DNA of 64,000 nucleotides from Vicinamibacteria bacterium (GCA_963422395.1 OY729431.1:256001-320000); one strand, 5' to 3'; positions 16,639-27,200 are shown, counted from the stretch's first letter. A program made the numbers and translations. Notes: generated by a model not told the origin, from the sequence alone.

Positions 16639-19600
16639 TCAGCGGCCTCCCTTTTCGGTGCCCGGGACGCGGACGACCCCGGGGACTCCCTGACCCTCGA
16701 GGGCGCGGTTCGCTTCGGGAAGCTGGTTTTCGAGGACCTGCTGCAGGTCCTGGCGTGCGGTCTCCAGGCGGCCTCGGAGAACTTCATGGACTTCGCGCAT
16801 CGGATCGGTGGGCGGGAAATCCGCACTCGCCACTGCGCCGGCGAGGTAGGCGATCCGTCCTCCGAGCTGCGTGGGCCAGCGGACGCTGTCCTGTCCGGTG
16901 CCGGTGAGTTTCCGCTGGATGAGGCGTTCCTCGACCGAGATCAGAGAGCCTTCGAGTCCATCCACCACCGAGGCGACCGATTCGGTCTTTCCGGTTTCCG
17001 CGACGACCTCCTTGAGATCGGCGAGCTGGCGCCGGAGCCATTCGATCTCGTTCACCATCCCGGATACCTCCTCGAGATCGGCGCGGAGCTCCCGGAGCAT
17101 CGCCACCTGTTCCGCGATGTCGTCGAGAGTCCCTTCGCTGCGCGGGTCCTTCAGCAGGGTGAGCGACCGGGTCTGCTCATCGTCTCCCACTCTGAGGGTG
17201 ACCTGATATTCCCCCGGCGGGGCCAGGATCGAGATCCGCCCCGCGGGCGCCGCAAGGGACCGGTCTTCGCCGAGATCCACCCAATCGGCGTACGCCGGAG
17301 GGGTCCGAATCTTCATTTCGGTCGTGGCTTCCTCACGGAGGTCCCACCAAACCCGATTCAAGCCGGCGTCGCCGCTGCCTTCGAGGGTCCGAATGGTCTC
17401 GCCGTCGGCGTTTCGCACCTCGAGCGAGACCTCATCGGTTCCTTCCTTCAACCAGTAGCTGAGCGAAGCGCCGTACGGCGGGTTCTCTCCCGCCGACCAG
17501 TCGTCGAATTGCGAAAACGGAGCGGTGATGGGATGAAAACGGTATGCCTGGCGTAATTCGAACAGGTGCGACTCTTTCGCGGTGATCTCTTCGTTCCATT
17601 GCTGGAGCGGCCCGATGTCGTCCATGATCCAAAAGCCCCGGCCGTAGGTTCCCACCACCAGATCGTGGAAATGCTCCTGCACCGTGATCCAGTACATCGG
17701 GCTCGGCGGCAGGCCGCCGGTGAGCCGCTGCCAGTGATCGCCGTCGTCGAAGCTGACATAGAGGAAGTTCTCGGTTCCGAGATAGAGGAGCCCGGGGCGT
17801 ACCGGGTCCTCCCGCACATTCCGCGTATAGCTCAGCGGGCTGTCCGCGACCCCGTTCACGATCCGGGTCCACGATTCGCCGAAATCCTCGGTCCGGAACG
17901 CATACGGAGCGAAGTCGCCGACCTGGTGCGCCTCGACGGTCAGGTACGCCTTGCCGGCGCTCCATTTCGAGGCGTCCACATTCCGCACCACTCCGTCGGC
18001 CGGCATCCCGGGAATGTTCTCGGTCACATCGGTCCAGCTCGCCCCGCCGTCCCGGGTGACATGCAGCAGGCCGTCGTTGGTGCCGGCCCAGATCACCCCC
18101 TGCTGTACCGGGCTCTCGTCGATCGCATAGACCACGCAGCAGTACTCGACGCCGATGTTGTCGGGAGTCAGCCCGCCGGAGATCGTCTGCCGGCTCCGGT
18201 CGTTCGTGCTGAGGTCGGGACTGATCTCCTCCCAGCTCTGGCCGCCGTTCGTGGTCCGGTGGACATGCTGGCTGCCGACATACACCGTGTTCCGGTCGTG
18301 CGGAGAGATGAGGAGCGGGAAAACCCACTGGAAGCGATAGCGCAGGCCTTCCGCCGACCAGCCCAGCGTGCTCTCCGGCCACACTTCGACCTGCCGGAAT
18401 TGCCGGGTGCGCTCGTCGTAGCGCACCACGATGCCGCCGGCGGCCCCCGCGCCGGAGGCACTGGACCAGACGATGTTCGGATCCTCGGGATCCGGGGTCG
18501 CGAAGCCGCTCTCCCCGCCGCCGACGCCGTGCCACATGCCGCGCGGGATGCCCGACGCGAAGAAACCGCCGGTGAACGCCCGACTGGGGCCTCGGGTGGA
18601 GGGTCCGTCCTGCCGGTTGCCGAGTACATGGTAGGGAATGTCGTTGTCCACGGTCACGTGGTACATCTGGGCGATCGGGAGCTGCACCTTGAACCAGGAT
18701 TTTCCGCGGTTCTCCGAAATCGAAACCCCGCCGTCGTGGGCTACCGCCATCCGGCCGCCGTCCCCGGGGTCGATCCACATGTCGTGGTGATCCCATCCAG
18801 GCGCCTCGCTCGCCTGGTGCACCCGGTGGGTCTTCCCGGCGTCCAGAGTGGAAGCGAACGACGCCGTCAAGAAATACGCTTCGTCCCGGTCGTCGGGGGC
18901 GGCGGCGCAGCGCGAGTAGTAGGCGCTGCGGCCGGCGAGATTCCGATTCTCGGTCTGCAGCGTCCAGGAGCTCCCCCCGTCGCTCGTGGCCCACAGCTCG
19001 CCGCTTTCGGCCTCGCCGCCTGCCCAGGGTACGCCGTCGCTGGTCTCGATCAGCGCGAAGACCCGCCGCGAATCGGACTTGCTCATGCAGAGCGCGATCT
19101 TTCCCACTGCGTGTTCGGGCAGCCCGTTCCCTTCGAGCCGGGTCCAGGTGTCCCCGCCGTCGCGGGTCTGGTAGAGCCCGCTGCCGGGCCCGCCGCTCAC
19201 CCGGCCCCAGGTCCGGATCGAGAGCTGCCACATCCCGGCGAACAGGATGCGGGGATTGTTGGGGTCCATCATCAGGTCGGAAGCCCCGGTGTTCTCGTCC
19301 ACGAACAGGACCCGATCCCAGGTCTCGCCGCCGTCGGTCGTCCGGTAGATGCCGCGCTCCTCCTGCGGGGCGTAGGCGTGCCCGAGCGACGCCGCATAGA
19401 CGATGTTCGGGTCGCTCGGGTGGATCACGATCCGACCGATGCGCGCGGTCGCCTCGAGTCCCATCGCCTTCCAGCTCTCCCCCGCGTCGGTGGATCGGAA
19501 GACCCCGGTCCCGATGGACACATTCGCCCGGATGAAGGTCTCTCCGGTGCCTGCCCAGACGATGTTCGGGTCGGATTCGGCCACCGCGAGGGCGCCGATC

Positions 19601-19869
19601 GAGTGGGCATCCTGATCGTCGAACACCGGACGCCAGCGGAGGCCGGCGTCTTCGGTCTTCCAGATGCCGCCGGTGGCGGCGCCGGCGTAGTAGAGGTCCC
19701 GGTTCCCGGGGACGCCGGCGACCGCGAGCGTGCGGTTACCTACCGGCCCGATGTGTCGGAAGCGAAGCCCGCCGAGCTGATCGGCGGGCGGCTGGGCGAA
19801 CGCGGAAGCAGCGCCCAGCAGGATGAGCGCCGCCAGATGGGCGGGAGGGTGGTAGAGCGAGTGGCGCAT
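16639..19869 (-). CDS. Secreted BNR/Asp-box (sortilin/VPS10-like) glycosyl hydrolase-like protein
   Basis: Signal peptide, LRFRHIGP, and many (S/T)xDxGxxW Asp-box repeats. 1076 aa. Confidence 0.88.
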   Translation of the reverse strand: MRHSLYHPPAHLAALILLGAASAFAQPPADQLGGLRFRHIGPVGNRTLAVAGVPGNRDLYYAGAATGGIWKTEDAGLRWRPVFDDQDAHSIGALAVAESDPNIVWAGTGETFIRANVSIGTGVFRSTDAGESWKAMGLEATARIGRIVIHPSDPNIVYAASLGHAYAPQEERGIYRTTDGGETWDRVLFVDENTGASDLMMDPNNPRILFAGMWQLSIRTWGRVSGGPGSGLYQTRDGGDTWTRLEGNGLPEHAVGKIALCMSKSDSRRVFALIETSDGVPWAGGEAESGELWATSDGGSSWTLQTENRNLAGRSAYYSRCAAAPDDRDEAYFLTASFASTLDAGKTHRVHQASEAPGWDHHDMWIDPGDGGRMAVAHDGGVSISENRGKSWFKVQLPIAQMYHVTVDNDIPYHVLGNRQDGPSTRGPSRAFTGGFFASGIPRGMWHGVGGGESGFATPDPEDPNIVWSSASGAGAAGGIVVRYDERTRQFRQVEVWPESTLGWSAEGLRYRFQWVFPLLISPHDRNTVYVGSQHVHRTTNGGQSWEEISPDLSTNDRSRQTISGGLTPDNIGVEYCCVVYAIDESPVQQGVIWAGTNDGLLHVTRDGGASWTDVTENIPGMPADGVVRNVDASKWSAGKAYLTVEAHQVGDFAPYAFRTEDFGESWTRIVNGVADSPLSYTRNVREDPVRPGLLYLGTENFLYVSFDDGDHWQRLTGGLPPSPMYWITVQEHFHDLVVGTYGRGFWIMDDIGPLQQWNEEITAKESHLFELRQAYRFHPITAPFSQFDDWSAGENPPYGASLSYWLKEGTDEVSLEVRNADGETIRTLEGSGDAGLNRVWWDLREEATTEMKIRTPPAYADWVDLGEDRSLAAPAGRISILAPPGEYQVTLRVGDDEQTRSLTLLKDPRSEGTLDDIAEQVAMLRELRADLEEVSGMVNEIEWLRRQLADLKEVVAETGKTESVASVVDGLEGSLISVEERLIQRKLTGTGQDSVRWPTQLGGRIAYLAGAVASADFPPTDPMREVHEVLRGRLETARQDLQQVLENQLPEANRALEGQGVPGVVRVPGTEKGGR

Positions 19870-19903
19870 GGGATGGTTCCTCCGTGCCGGATGGGGTCTG
19901 CGA

Positions 19904-21238
19904 TTATGCGGGTTGGCCGGACGGCGAGTCTTCCCGGTTCCGCCGGCGGAAATGGAGCCAGAAGGGAAGGCCCGCCGCCGTGATCCCGAGGCCGATCAGC
20001 GCGTCCCGCGGATCGGTCCACAGGGTGTTGCCCAGCAGTACGGCGCAGAAGACGGTGAACAGCGCCGGCAGCAGGGGGTATCCGAAGGCGCGGTAGGGCC
20101 GCTCGAGGTCGGGCTGCTTCCAGCGAAGCGCGAAGACGGCGGCGCTCCCGAGCCCGTAGAAGAGCCACGAAACGACCACCACATAGGTGAAGAGCTGGTC
20201 GTAGCTGCCGGTGAGCGCGATGCCGGCGGCCCAGATCCCCTGAGCGAGGGTGGCGTTCACCGGAACCGCTCCCGGTCCCAGGCGGGCGAACGGCCGGAAG
20301 AAGGCGCCGCCCTGCGCCATCGCGTAGTACACCCGCGCGCCAGTGAAGAGGAACCCGTTGGCGGCGGCGAAACAGGACACCATCACCGCCAGCGACACCA
20401 GCTGGCTCCCCAGCTGCCCTCCGGCCCGGCCGGCGGCGTCGGCGGCGATGGTCTCGGCGCCGGGAAAGGCGGATAGCGGCAGCGCCCGCAGGTAGGCGAA
20501 GTGGAGCAGCAGGTAGATCCCGATGAGGAGCAGCAGGCTGAGAGAGATCGCGCGGGGAAGGAAGCGCCGGGGGTTCTTCACCTCGCCCCCGACGAAGGTG
20601 ACGCTGATCCAGCCGTCGTACGCCCAGAGCGCCCCGACGATCGCCGCACCCCAGCGCGCCGCCGCCGAACCCTCCAGCGGAAGCCGCGAGCGCGCGATCT
20701 CCTCGACCGGCTGATCTCCCCAGAAGGCGCAAAGGACGACGATCGCCCCCGCCATCGCCAGTTTGGCGGCCGTGGTCAGGTTCTGGGTGGCGGCAGAGGT
20801 GCGCACGCTGCGGCAATTCCAAAGCGACAAACCGAGGATGAGGGCCACCGCGGCCGCCTTGGCGGCGATCGGGCCCAAGGGGACGAATTCCGCCGCGTAC
20901 TCGACGAAGACGACTGCCACCGCCGCGATGGATGCAGTCTGGATGACGGCGAACAGGCTCCAGCCGTAGAGGAAGCCGACGAGCGGGTGCCAGGCGCGCT
21001 CCAGATAGACGTACTCGCCCCCGGCGTCCGGGTACATCGCTGCGAGTTCGGCGATGGCGAACGCCCCGCAGAGCGACATCGCTCCGGCTCCGACCCAGAC
21101 GAGCGCCGCTCCGCCCGCCGACCCGGTCGCGGCGATCACATAGGCGGGCACCACGAACGCCGCCGAGGCGAGGATGGTTCCGATGTTGATGAAGAGCGCG
21201 TCGCCCAGTCTGAGCTCGCGCCTCAGTCCCGGCGCCAA
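19904..21238 (-). CDS. APC-superfamily amino acid permease
   Basis: LRRELRL...IGTILASAAF, AELAAMYPDAGGEYVYL, ALWAYDGW...GGEVKNP and RPYRAFGYP motifs. TTG start inferred; the ORF-track extension upstream is an antisense shadow of the next gene. Confidence 0.9.
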   Translation of the reverse strand: MAPGLRRELRLGDALFINIGTILASAAFVVPAYVIAATGSAGGAALVWVGAGAMSLCGAFAIAELAAMYPDAGGEYVYLERAWHPLVGFLYGWSLFAVIQTASIAAVAVVFVEYAAEFVPLGPIAAKAAAVALILGLSLWNCRSVRTSAATQNLTTAAKLAMAGAIVVLCAFWGDQPVEEIARSRLPLEGSAAARWGAAIVGALWAYDGWISVTFVGGEVKNPRRFLPRAISLSLLLLIGIYLLLHFAYLRALPLSAFPGAETIAADAAGRAGGQLGSQLVSLAVMVSCFAAANGFLFTGARVYYAMAQGGAFFRPFARLGPGAVPVNATLAQGIWAAGIALTGSYDQLFTYVVVVSWLFYGLGSAAVFALRWKQPDLERPYRAFGYPLLPALFTVFCAVLLGNTLWTDPRDALIGLGITAAGLPFWLHFRRRNREDSPSGQPA

Positions 21239-21340
21239 GGGTTCGAAGTATCCGCTATGCTGCGGTCGGGGCTCCGTCCCCGGGTCGGGCCGCCGAAGTA
21301 GAGTCGAAACTAGACGTTCACCATGTCGGGAGGATTCCTC

Positions 21341-22252
21341 ATGCGGCTGTCTTTCCATGCCATCTTGTACGCCGGCATCCTGATGGCCCACTCCGTTTCG
21401 GGGCAGGAGGCGGCGAAGCGGATTTCGGGATCGCCGTCCGGCGAAGAGGCGCCTCTCCCGCAGTCGCCGCCGGCTGCACCCCCTGCGTGGGAGTTCGAGG
21501 TGTTCGGCCGCGGGGGGGCGGCCGGCCTGTCGGCACGCGGGGAGGTCTCCTTCGGCGTGGAGATTCCGGACCCGAATTTCGCCCTTTCCGATACTGAGCG
21601 TTTTCCCGACCTGACGACCAGTGCACGTTCGGCGAACTGGGGCGCCGGGCTTCGTGCGAGGCGGGGACGATGGGGTCTGGAAGGGCAGTACCACCGCGTC
21701 GACACCAGTGTTTTCCTTCCGACCGCCCTGATCCGGGAAACTTCCATCGAAGGGAGCGGGGACATTCCACTTCTGGAAGCGGCCACCGATCTCGTGGCGG
21801 TGCTGGGAGTGCTCGAGTTTCCCTTCCGGAGCGGGCCGTCCGGTTTCTTCGTCGGCCTCGGCGCCGGCTATGCCGTAATGGGAAACCGCGAAGCGAGCCG
21901 GGTCCCGATGGGGGACTCCGGCACGGGGTTTTCGGATGAAACTTTCGGCGATGCCGAGAATGTCCTCTTGTCGGCCAGCTTGTCCCCGCGCGACTACCAC
22001 GCGGACCGCGGATCGCTGCTCGTCGGCGGAACTGCGGGTCTGACCCTTCGCACCGGCCGCCTGTTCCTGCGCCCGCGTCTGGATGTGTTCCTCGGTGGGA
22101 CGCGGACGACCGAAGAGAGCTGGGACTTCGATATCGGAGTGTCGGCACCTGGACAGCGCTTCGATTTCGCGGGGGTCGTCGCGTTGGAGACCGCTGTCCG
22201 GCCGCGGTTCTTCCTGTTCAGCGTGGATGTGGGGTTGTCCTTCGGTCGCTAG
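21341..22252 (+). CDS. Hypothetical outer-membrane beta-barrel protein
   Basis: GGAGGA RBS, signal peptide, alternating beta-strand patterns (FFVGLGAGY, VGGTAGLTL) and C-terminal FSVDVGLSF. Confidence 0.7.
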   Translation: MRLSFHAILYAGILMAHSVSGQEAAKRISGSPSGEEAPLPQSPPAAPPAWEFEVFGRGGAAGLSARGEVSFGVEIPDPNFALSDTERFPDLTTSARSANWGAGLRARRGRWGLEGQYHRVDTSVFLPTALIRETSIEGSGDIPLLEAATDLVAVLGVLEFPFRSGPSGFFVGLGAGYAVMGNREASRVPMGDSGTGFSDETFGDAENVLLSASLSPRDYHADRGSLLVGGTAGLTLRTGRLFLRPRLDVFLGGTRTTEESWDFDIGVSAPGQRFDFAGVVALETAVRPRFFLFSVDVGLSFGR

Positions 22253-22440
22253 CGCCTGTAGATGAAGTGACGCGAGCCCCAAGATCGGGGAGGCGCCCGG
22301 CGGACGAGGCGCGATTCGGGGGCATACCGGGTGTATTCCGACGGAATCGCAATGCCGAGCGAAGCGTTCAGCCGGGGCCCCACCGGAAGCACTGGGCATC
22401 GCCGGCCTTTGGCCGTGTGACTTCGTCCACCGGCTGCTAG
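22249..22440. mobile_element. MITE-like element (192 bp) with imperfect terminal inverted repeats bounded by CTAG
   Basis: Left end CTAGC-GCCTGTAGATGAAGTGAC matches the reverse complement of the right end, CTAGCAGCCGGTGGACGAAGTCAC, at 19/24. Internal hairpin GCGATTC...GAATCGC. No credible gene inside. Confidence 0.65.
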
Positions 22441-22559
22441 CTCCTTGCCCCCCGCCGGACGCCTTCGCGCCGCGCCTCTCCCTGGCGGTTGCGGGGCAGG
22501 TCCCCTTCTTGCGGGTACCGCCGCCCGGAAGGCGGCGAGCAGGACTACGATGGCCAGAT

Positions 22560-23099
22560 ATGGCCGTGAACCCCGCCGATCCGGGCCGACGAGACGCGGA
22601 CTCGATGCGCGCCGCGCTCGCGGAAGCGATCTGGGCGGAACGCAGCGGGGAGGTCCCGGTGGGCGCGGTGGTGGTGCGGAACGGGGAGGTGGTTGCGCGG
22701 GGTCGGAACCGGGTGCTCGAAACCGGCGACCCCACCGCCCACGCCGAGATCGTCGCTCTCCGCGTTGCCGCGCACCGCGTGGGGAACTACCGGCTCACGG
22801 GCTGCGACCTCTATGCGACCGTCGAACCTTGCCTGATGTGTGCGGGCGCGATCGTCCATTCGCGCATCCGGCGGCTGGTGTACGGCCCGCCCGAGCCCAA
22901 ATTCGGTGGGGTAGAATCGAAGCTCGCGTTGGATGAGCTGGGGCTTCCGCATCGTCTCACGGTGGTTTCGGGAGTTCTGGCCGATGAAGGACGCCGGCTG
23001 CTGCAGCGCTTCTTCCAGGAACGGAGGCGGGTTTCGACCCTCCCCGACGGACTTCCACCGTTCGAGACGAGGCCCGGAGAGGTACCGAAGTGGCCGTAA
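22560..23099 (+). CDS. tadA: tRNA adenosine(34) deaminase
   Basis: GEVPVGAVVV, DPTAHAEIVALR, NYRL and TVEPCLMCAGA motifs. Confidence 0.95.
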   Translation: MAVNPADPGRRDADSMRAALAEAIWAERSGEVPVGAVVVRNGEVVARGRNRVLETGDPTAHAEIVALRVAAHRVGNYRLTGCDLYATVEPCLMCAGAIVHSRIRRLVYGPPEPKFGGVESKLALDELGLPHRLTVVSGVLADEGRRLLQRFFQERRRVSTLPDGLPPFETRPGEVPKWP

Positions 23100-23168
23100 C
23101 GGGGGCGCCTCGAAAGCGCTTTGTCCGGTGAAGAACCGGGCACGTGGGTTCGAATCCCACCCTCTCCG
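23076..23168 (+). tRNA. tRNA-Ser(CGA)
   Basis: Acceptor stem GGAGAGG/CCTCTCC, anticodon loop CT-CGA-AA, long variable arm, GGTTCGAATCC T-arm and G discriminator. CCA is not encoded. Confidence 0.96.
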
Positions 23169-23199
23169 CCGCCCACCCCCGGTTCGATCTCCGAGGGTT

Positions 23200-24135
23200 T
23201 CGCCAGCGCCGGTATCGGCTTTCCGGCGAAATCGGCGCTCCGCTTCGGTCGCGGCGCTCTTGTGGCTCGGTGCGGCGTCGCCATCGGCGGCGGCCTCCCC
23301 TCCGCCGCCTTCCCGAGTGACCGTCGCCACCTGGAATATCGCCTGGTTCGGGGACGGAGTGAACGACGAGATTTTGGTCGGCAACCGGCGCGGCGGGCGC
23401 CATCTCCGGAACGCAGACGATCTGGCAGAGCTCCGGGGCATCGTCGGCCGCCTCACCGAACGGGGCGTGGAGATCGTCGGACTGCAAGAGATCGAGAATG
23501 CTGCCGCTGCCCGGCGGCTCTTCCCGGCGGACGGTTGGGACCTCTTCGTCTCGACCCGCGACACCGATCCGCAGTGGGCACAGCGGACCGCTCTCGCGGT
23601 GCGGCGGAGCGCCGGCTGGCGCGTCGAGCGGCATCCCGACATCGTGGAGTGGTCGCCGCTGGACCGCGACCGGTACGGCGTGGACCTCACGCTCTCCCGC
23701 GGGCAGGAGCGGTTGCGGGTGCTGGCCATCCACTTCCAGTCCGGCTGCAACCAGAAGCCGCTTGCCGCCGGCACGAGCGAGTGCGGGTTCTTGCGGATGC
23801 AGTTCGCGGTGCTCGAAGGCTGGATCTACGAGCGCATGGAGGAGGGGATCCCCGTGGTCATCGCCGGTGACTGGAATCGCACCCTCTCCCGGCCAGGCGA
23901 CGAAGCCGCTGCCGGGATTCCCCGAGACCCGCTCCTGCTGCCGCCCGCTGGAAGCTCCCCTTCCTGTTGGGGCGCCCGGTTTCCCAACTACATCGACCAC
24001 ATCGTCGCCTTCGCCCCTCCGGGCGGCAGGGCGTTGTCGCGCGGCTTCGAGGAAGTGCTCTACCAGGCGCCGCGCGCCCGCCGCGACGCCCTCTCGGACC
24101 ATTGCCCCATCGTGGCGGCCGTCGGCTTCGAGTGA
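23200..24135 (+). CDS. Endonuclease/exonuclease/phosphatase family protein (start uncertain)
   Basis: VATWNIAWF, VGLQEIE, LAIHFQSGC, IAGDWN, YIDHI and SDHCPI motifs, with a signal-like N-terminus. The start coordinate is approximate. Confidence 0.85.
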   Translation, partial: SPAPVSAFRRNRRSASVAALLWLGAASPSAAASPPPPSRVTVATWNIAWFGDGVNDEILVGNRRGGRHLRNADDLAELRGIVGRLTERGVEIVGLQEIENAAAARRLFPADGWDLFVSTRDTDPQWAQRTALAVRRSAGWRVERHPDIVEWSPLDRDRYGVDLTLSRGQERLRVLAIHFQSGCNQKPLAAGTSECGFLRMQFAVLEGWIYERMEEGIPVVIAGDWNRTLSRPGDEAAAGIPRDPLLLPPAGSSPSCWGARFPNYIDHIVAFAPPGGRALSRGFEEVLYQAPRARRDALSDHCPIVAAVGFE

Positions 24136-24212
24136 GCCGAGGCGCCGGCGGCTGAAGTCTCCGGGTTTTCCGCCGTGGAGCTCTCTTCTCGGCTCCTTTA
24201 CACTGGCGGGTT

Positions 24213-27200
24213 CTGTCCCGACCGTCCCCCCCGTTTCGCCTTGAAGCCACGCTGACGCGGGCTGACTGTCTCCACTTCTGGGCGAAGGACGCTACCGCTC
24301 CTGCGGTTACCGCCTGGATCCACGAACGGATCGGAGATCGCGGCCCGGTTCTCTGGAAGCCGCCCGCTTCCGAATCCGGAAAAAACCGGGACCGCTCTCC
24401 CGGGCCGGGGCTGAGCCTCGGCCCGCTCGCGGCGGCCGCGCTGCTCGCCGCCACGGTTCCGCCGCCGGGAATCGCTGACGGCCGCACCGATTCGCTCCGC
24501 TTCTGGGCGCTGGCCTGCCGTTTCCTTTTCGGGCTCCTGGCTCGGGGCCGGTTCCATCCGGCGATCGGGCGCCGCGGCTTCGACGGCTCGTCGCTCTGGT
24601 GCGCGGACCTCGATTCCGGGCGCCGTGCATTGGACGCGCTATCGCTCGCCGCGCCGAAAAGGGCGATGGCCGGGCTCGATCCCGAAACCGCGATCTCCGC
24701 GTATCTCGTTCGTCTCGGGGATGCAGTGGTCCGGGACGCCGGGCGGAGGCTGGGATGGGCGCCGCGCCCCAGCGGATCTTCGGAGGACCGGCGGGATCTC
24801 CTCGGCGTGGTTCTCGACGACCTGTTCGCCGGATCTTCGGCGGGATTCGAAGATCAGGACGAGAGAAGCCTCCGCCGCGCGGGCAGGGCGGTCGGCGCTT
24901 CTCCCGGAGGGGCGCCGGCGGCGGTGGGGGCAGCGCGGCTCGTGTTCGCCCTCCAGCCGCCGGAGGAAAACGCCGCCTCGGGGCCGGAGGAGGCGGAGTC
25001 GGACAGCTGGCGCATCCGTTTCCTGCTCGCCGACCCGCGGTTCGAAGAACTCGGTGCCCGGGCGGTCGGGAATGGAAGCAGCCCCGTGAGCAGTGCGGGG
25101 GTTCGATCCATCGCCGAGGTGTGGAGCGCGGCCAGCGCCGCGGAGAACCTCCGGCGCTTCGGGATCGCCAATCCCGCCGTCCCGCTCCTCGAGGGACTCG
25201 GCCGGGCGGCGAAGGCCTGGCCGGTGCTCGAGCGCGGGCTGGCCGAGTCGACACCCGAGGAGATCGTCGTTTCGGTCACCGAGGCCTACGATTTTCTCCA
25301 CGAGGGGCAGGACGCGCTGGTGCGCGAGGGGTTCGAAGTCCGCATTCCGCCCTCGCTGGCCGGCCAGCGAAAACGGAAGCCGACGCTGCGGCTCACCGTG
25401 CGCCCGATCGACGATTCGCAGCGGCCGAGGGCAGATCACCGGTCGGCGGGCTCGGGAGACGCTGACGGCCGGTTCGTGAGCTCCGTCGGTCTCGATGCCC
25501 TCGTGGAGTACAGCTGGCAGGTGGAGATCGGGGATCGCTGCTGGTCCCTCGAAGAGTTTCGGCAGCTGACCCGCGGCAAGCGACAGCTCTTGCTCGCCGA
25601 CGAAGGCTGGGTGGCGCTGGATCGTGACTCGGTGGACCAGCTCTTCAGTGAAGCGGCGCGCCGACGGGCACGCACCGGGCGGTCGCCGTTGCTCCGTGAC
25701 GCCCTCCGGGAACGGCTCCGCCTTTCTCCGGCACCCGGTGCCCTGTTCGACGAGGAAGAGTCGCCGGTGCTCTCCCGGATCGAGGGCGAGGCGTGGATCG
25801 GCTCGCTGTTCCGCGCGCTCGAAGCGGCAGCTGAGGAACTCGGACCCCTCGATCCGCCGGCGGGGCTCCGAACCGAGCTGCGGCCCTACCAGCGGGTGGG
25901 CTACACCTGGCTGCGGTTGTTGGCCGATCACCGCCTCGGCGGCTGTCTCGCGGACGACATGGGTCTCGGCAAGACCTGCCAGGCGCTCACCTTCCTGCTC
26001 GGGGAACAGGAGGCCGGTCGGCTCACCCGCCCCTGGCTGCTCGTCTGCCCCAACTCGATCGTCGCCAACTGGCGCAAGGAGGCCGAACGCTTCGCCCCCT
26101 CGCTCCGTCTGCATGTGCGGCAGGGAGCTGGGCGTTCCCGGGGCGCGGATTTCCGGAAAGCGCTCGAGGAGAGTGATCTCGTGGTGTGTTCCTTTGGAAT
26201 CGTCCACCGCGATCTCGACGAGCTGGGAGAAATTCGTTGGGGCGGGCTGATCGTGGATGAGGCGCAGAACCTCAAGAACTCGGGGGCCAAACAGACCCGC
26301 GCCGTGCGCCGCCTCGAGGCGCCCATCCGCTTCGCCCTCACCGGAACGCCGCTCGAAAACCGACTCACCGACCTGTGGTCCATCATGGAAGTCCTCAATC
26401 CGGGATTCCTGGGGTCGGAGCGGACCTTCCGGCGAACCTTCACCGCGGCGGTAGAAGGCGCTCGGGATCAGGACGCCACGGCCCAGCTCCGCCGGCTGGT
26501 GCGGCCTTTCGTGCTGCGCCGCCTCAAGACCGATCCGAAGGTGATCCAGGATCTTCCGGCGAAACACCAGGCCCGGGTGTACTGCAACCTCACCCCGGAG
26601 CAGGCGGCGCTCTACCGGGTCGCCGTGGACCGCTGTCTCGAGCGCATCGGGCGCGACACCGGCTTCGCCCGCCGCGGCGAAATCCTGCGCACGCTGACCC
26701 GCCTCAAACAGATCTGCAACCACCCCGAGAACTTCCTCGGCGCCGGCGGCGCGCTGGCCGGCCGCTCCGGCAAGCTCACCCGGCTCGTCGAAATCCTCAC
26801 CGAAGTGCTCCAGCAGGGCGAGCGGGCGCTCGTATTCACGCAGTTCGCGGAGATGGCGAAGCTGCTCGGCCCCTATCTCTCGGAGCTTCTCTCGGTCGAG
26901 ATCCCGGTACTCCACGGCGGAGTCGCGATCTCGGCACGGGACGAGATCGTGACCCGTTTCCAGGAGGCGCCCGACCCGCCTCCGGTGTTGGTTCTGTCCC
27001 TCCGGACCGGCGGTTACGGTCTGAATCTCACCCGGGCCAGCCATGTCGTCCACTACGATCGATGGTGGAACCCGGCAGTGGAAAATCAGGCGACCGACCG
27101 AGTGTTCCGCATCGGCCAGCGCCAGCGGGTGCTGGTCCACAAGTTCCTGTGTACGGGAACCCTCGAAGAACGAATCGCCGACCTCCTGGAGCGCAAGTCG

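Noticed and set aside
22253-22510. SRP RNA, tmRNA, 6S RNA or cobalamin riboswitch upstream of tadA
   Set aside because: There is no SRP helix-8 motif, no tRNA-like 3' end, no clear 6S central bubble, and only a short GACCTGCC match. Terminal inverted repeats explain the region better.
21239-22735. Apparent ~500-aa N-terminal extension of the amino acid permease
   Set aside because: It is antisense to the OMP gene, the MITE and tadA; permease similarity starts at about 21238.
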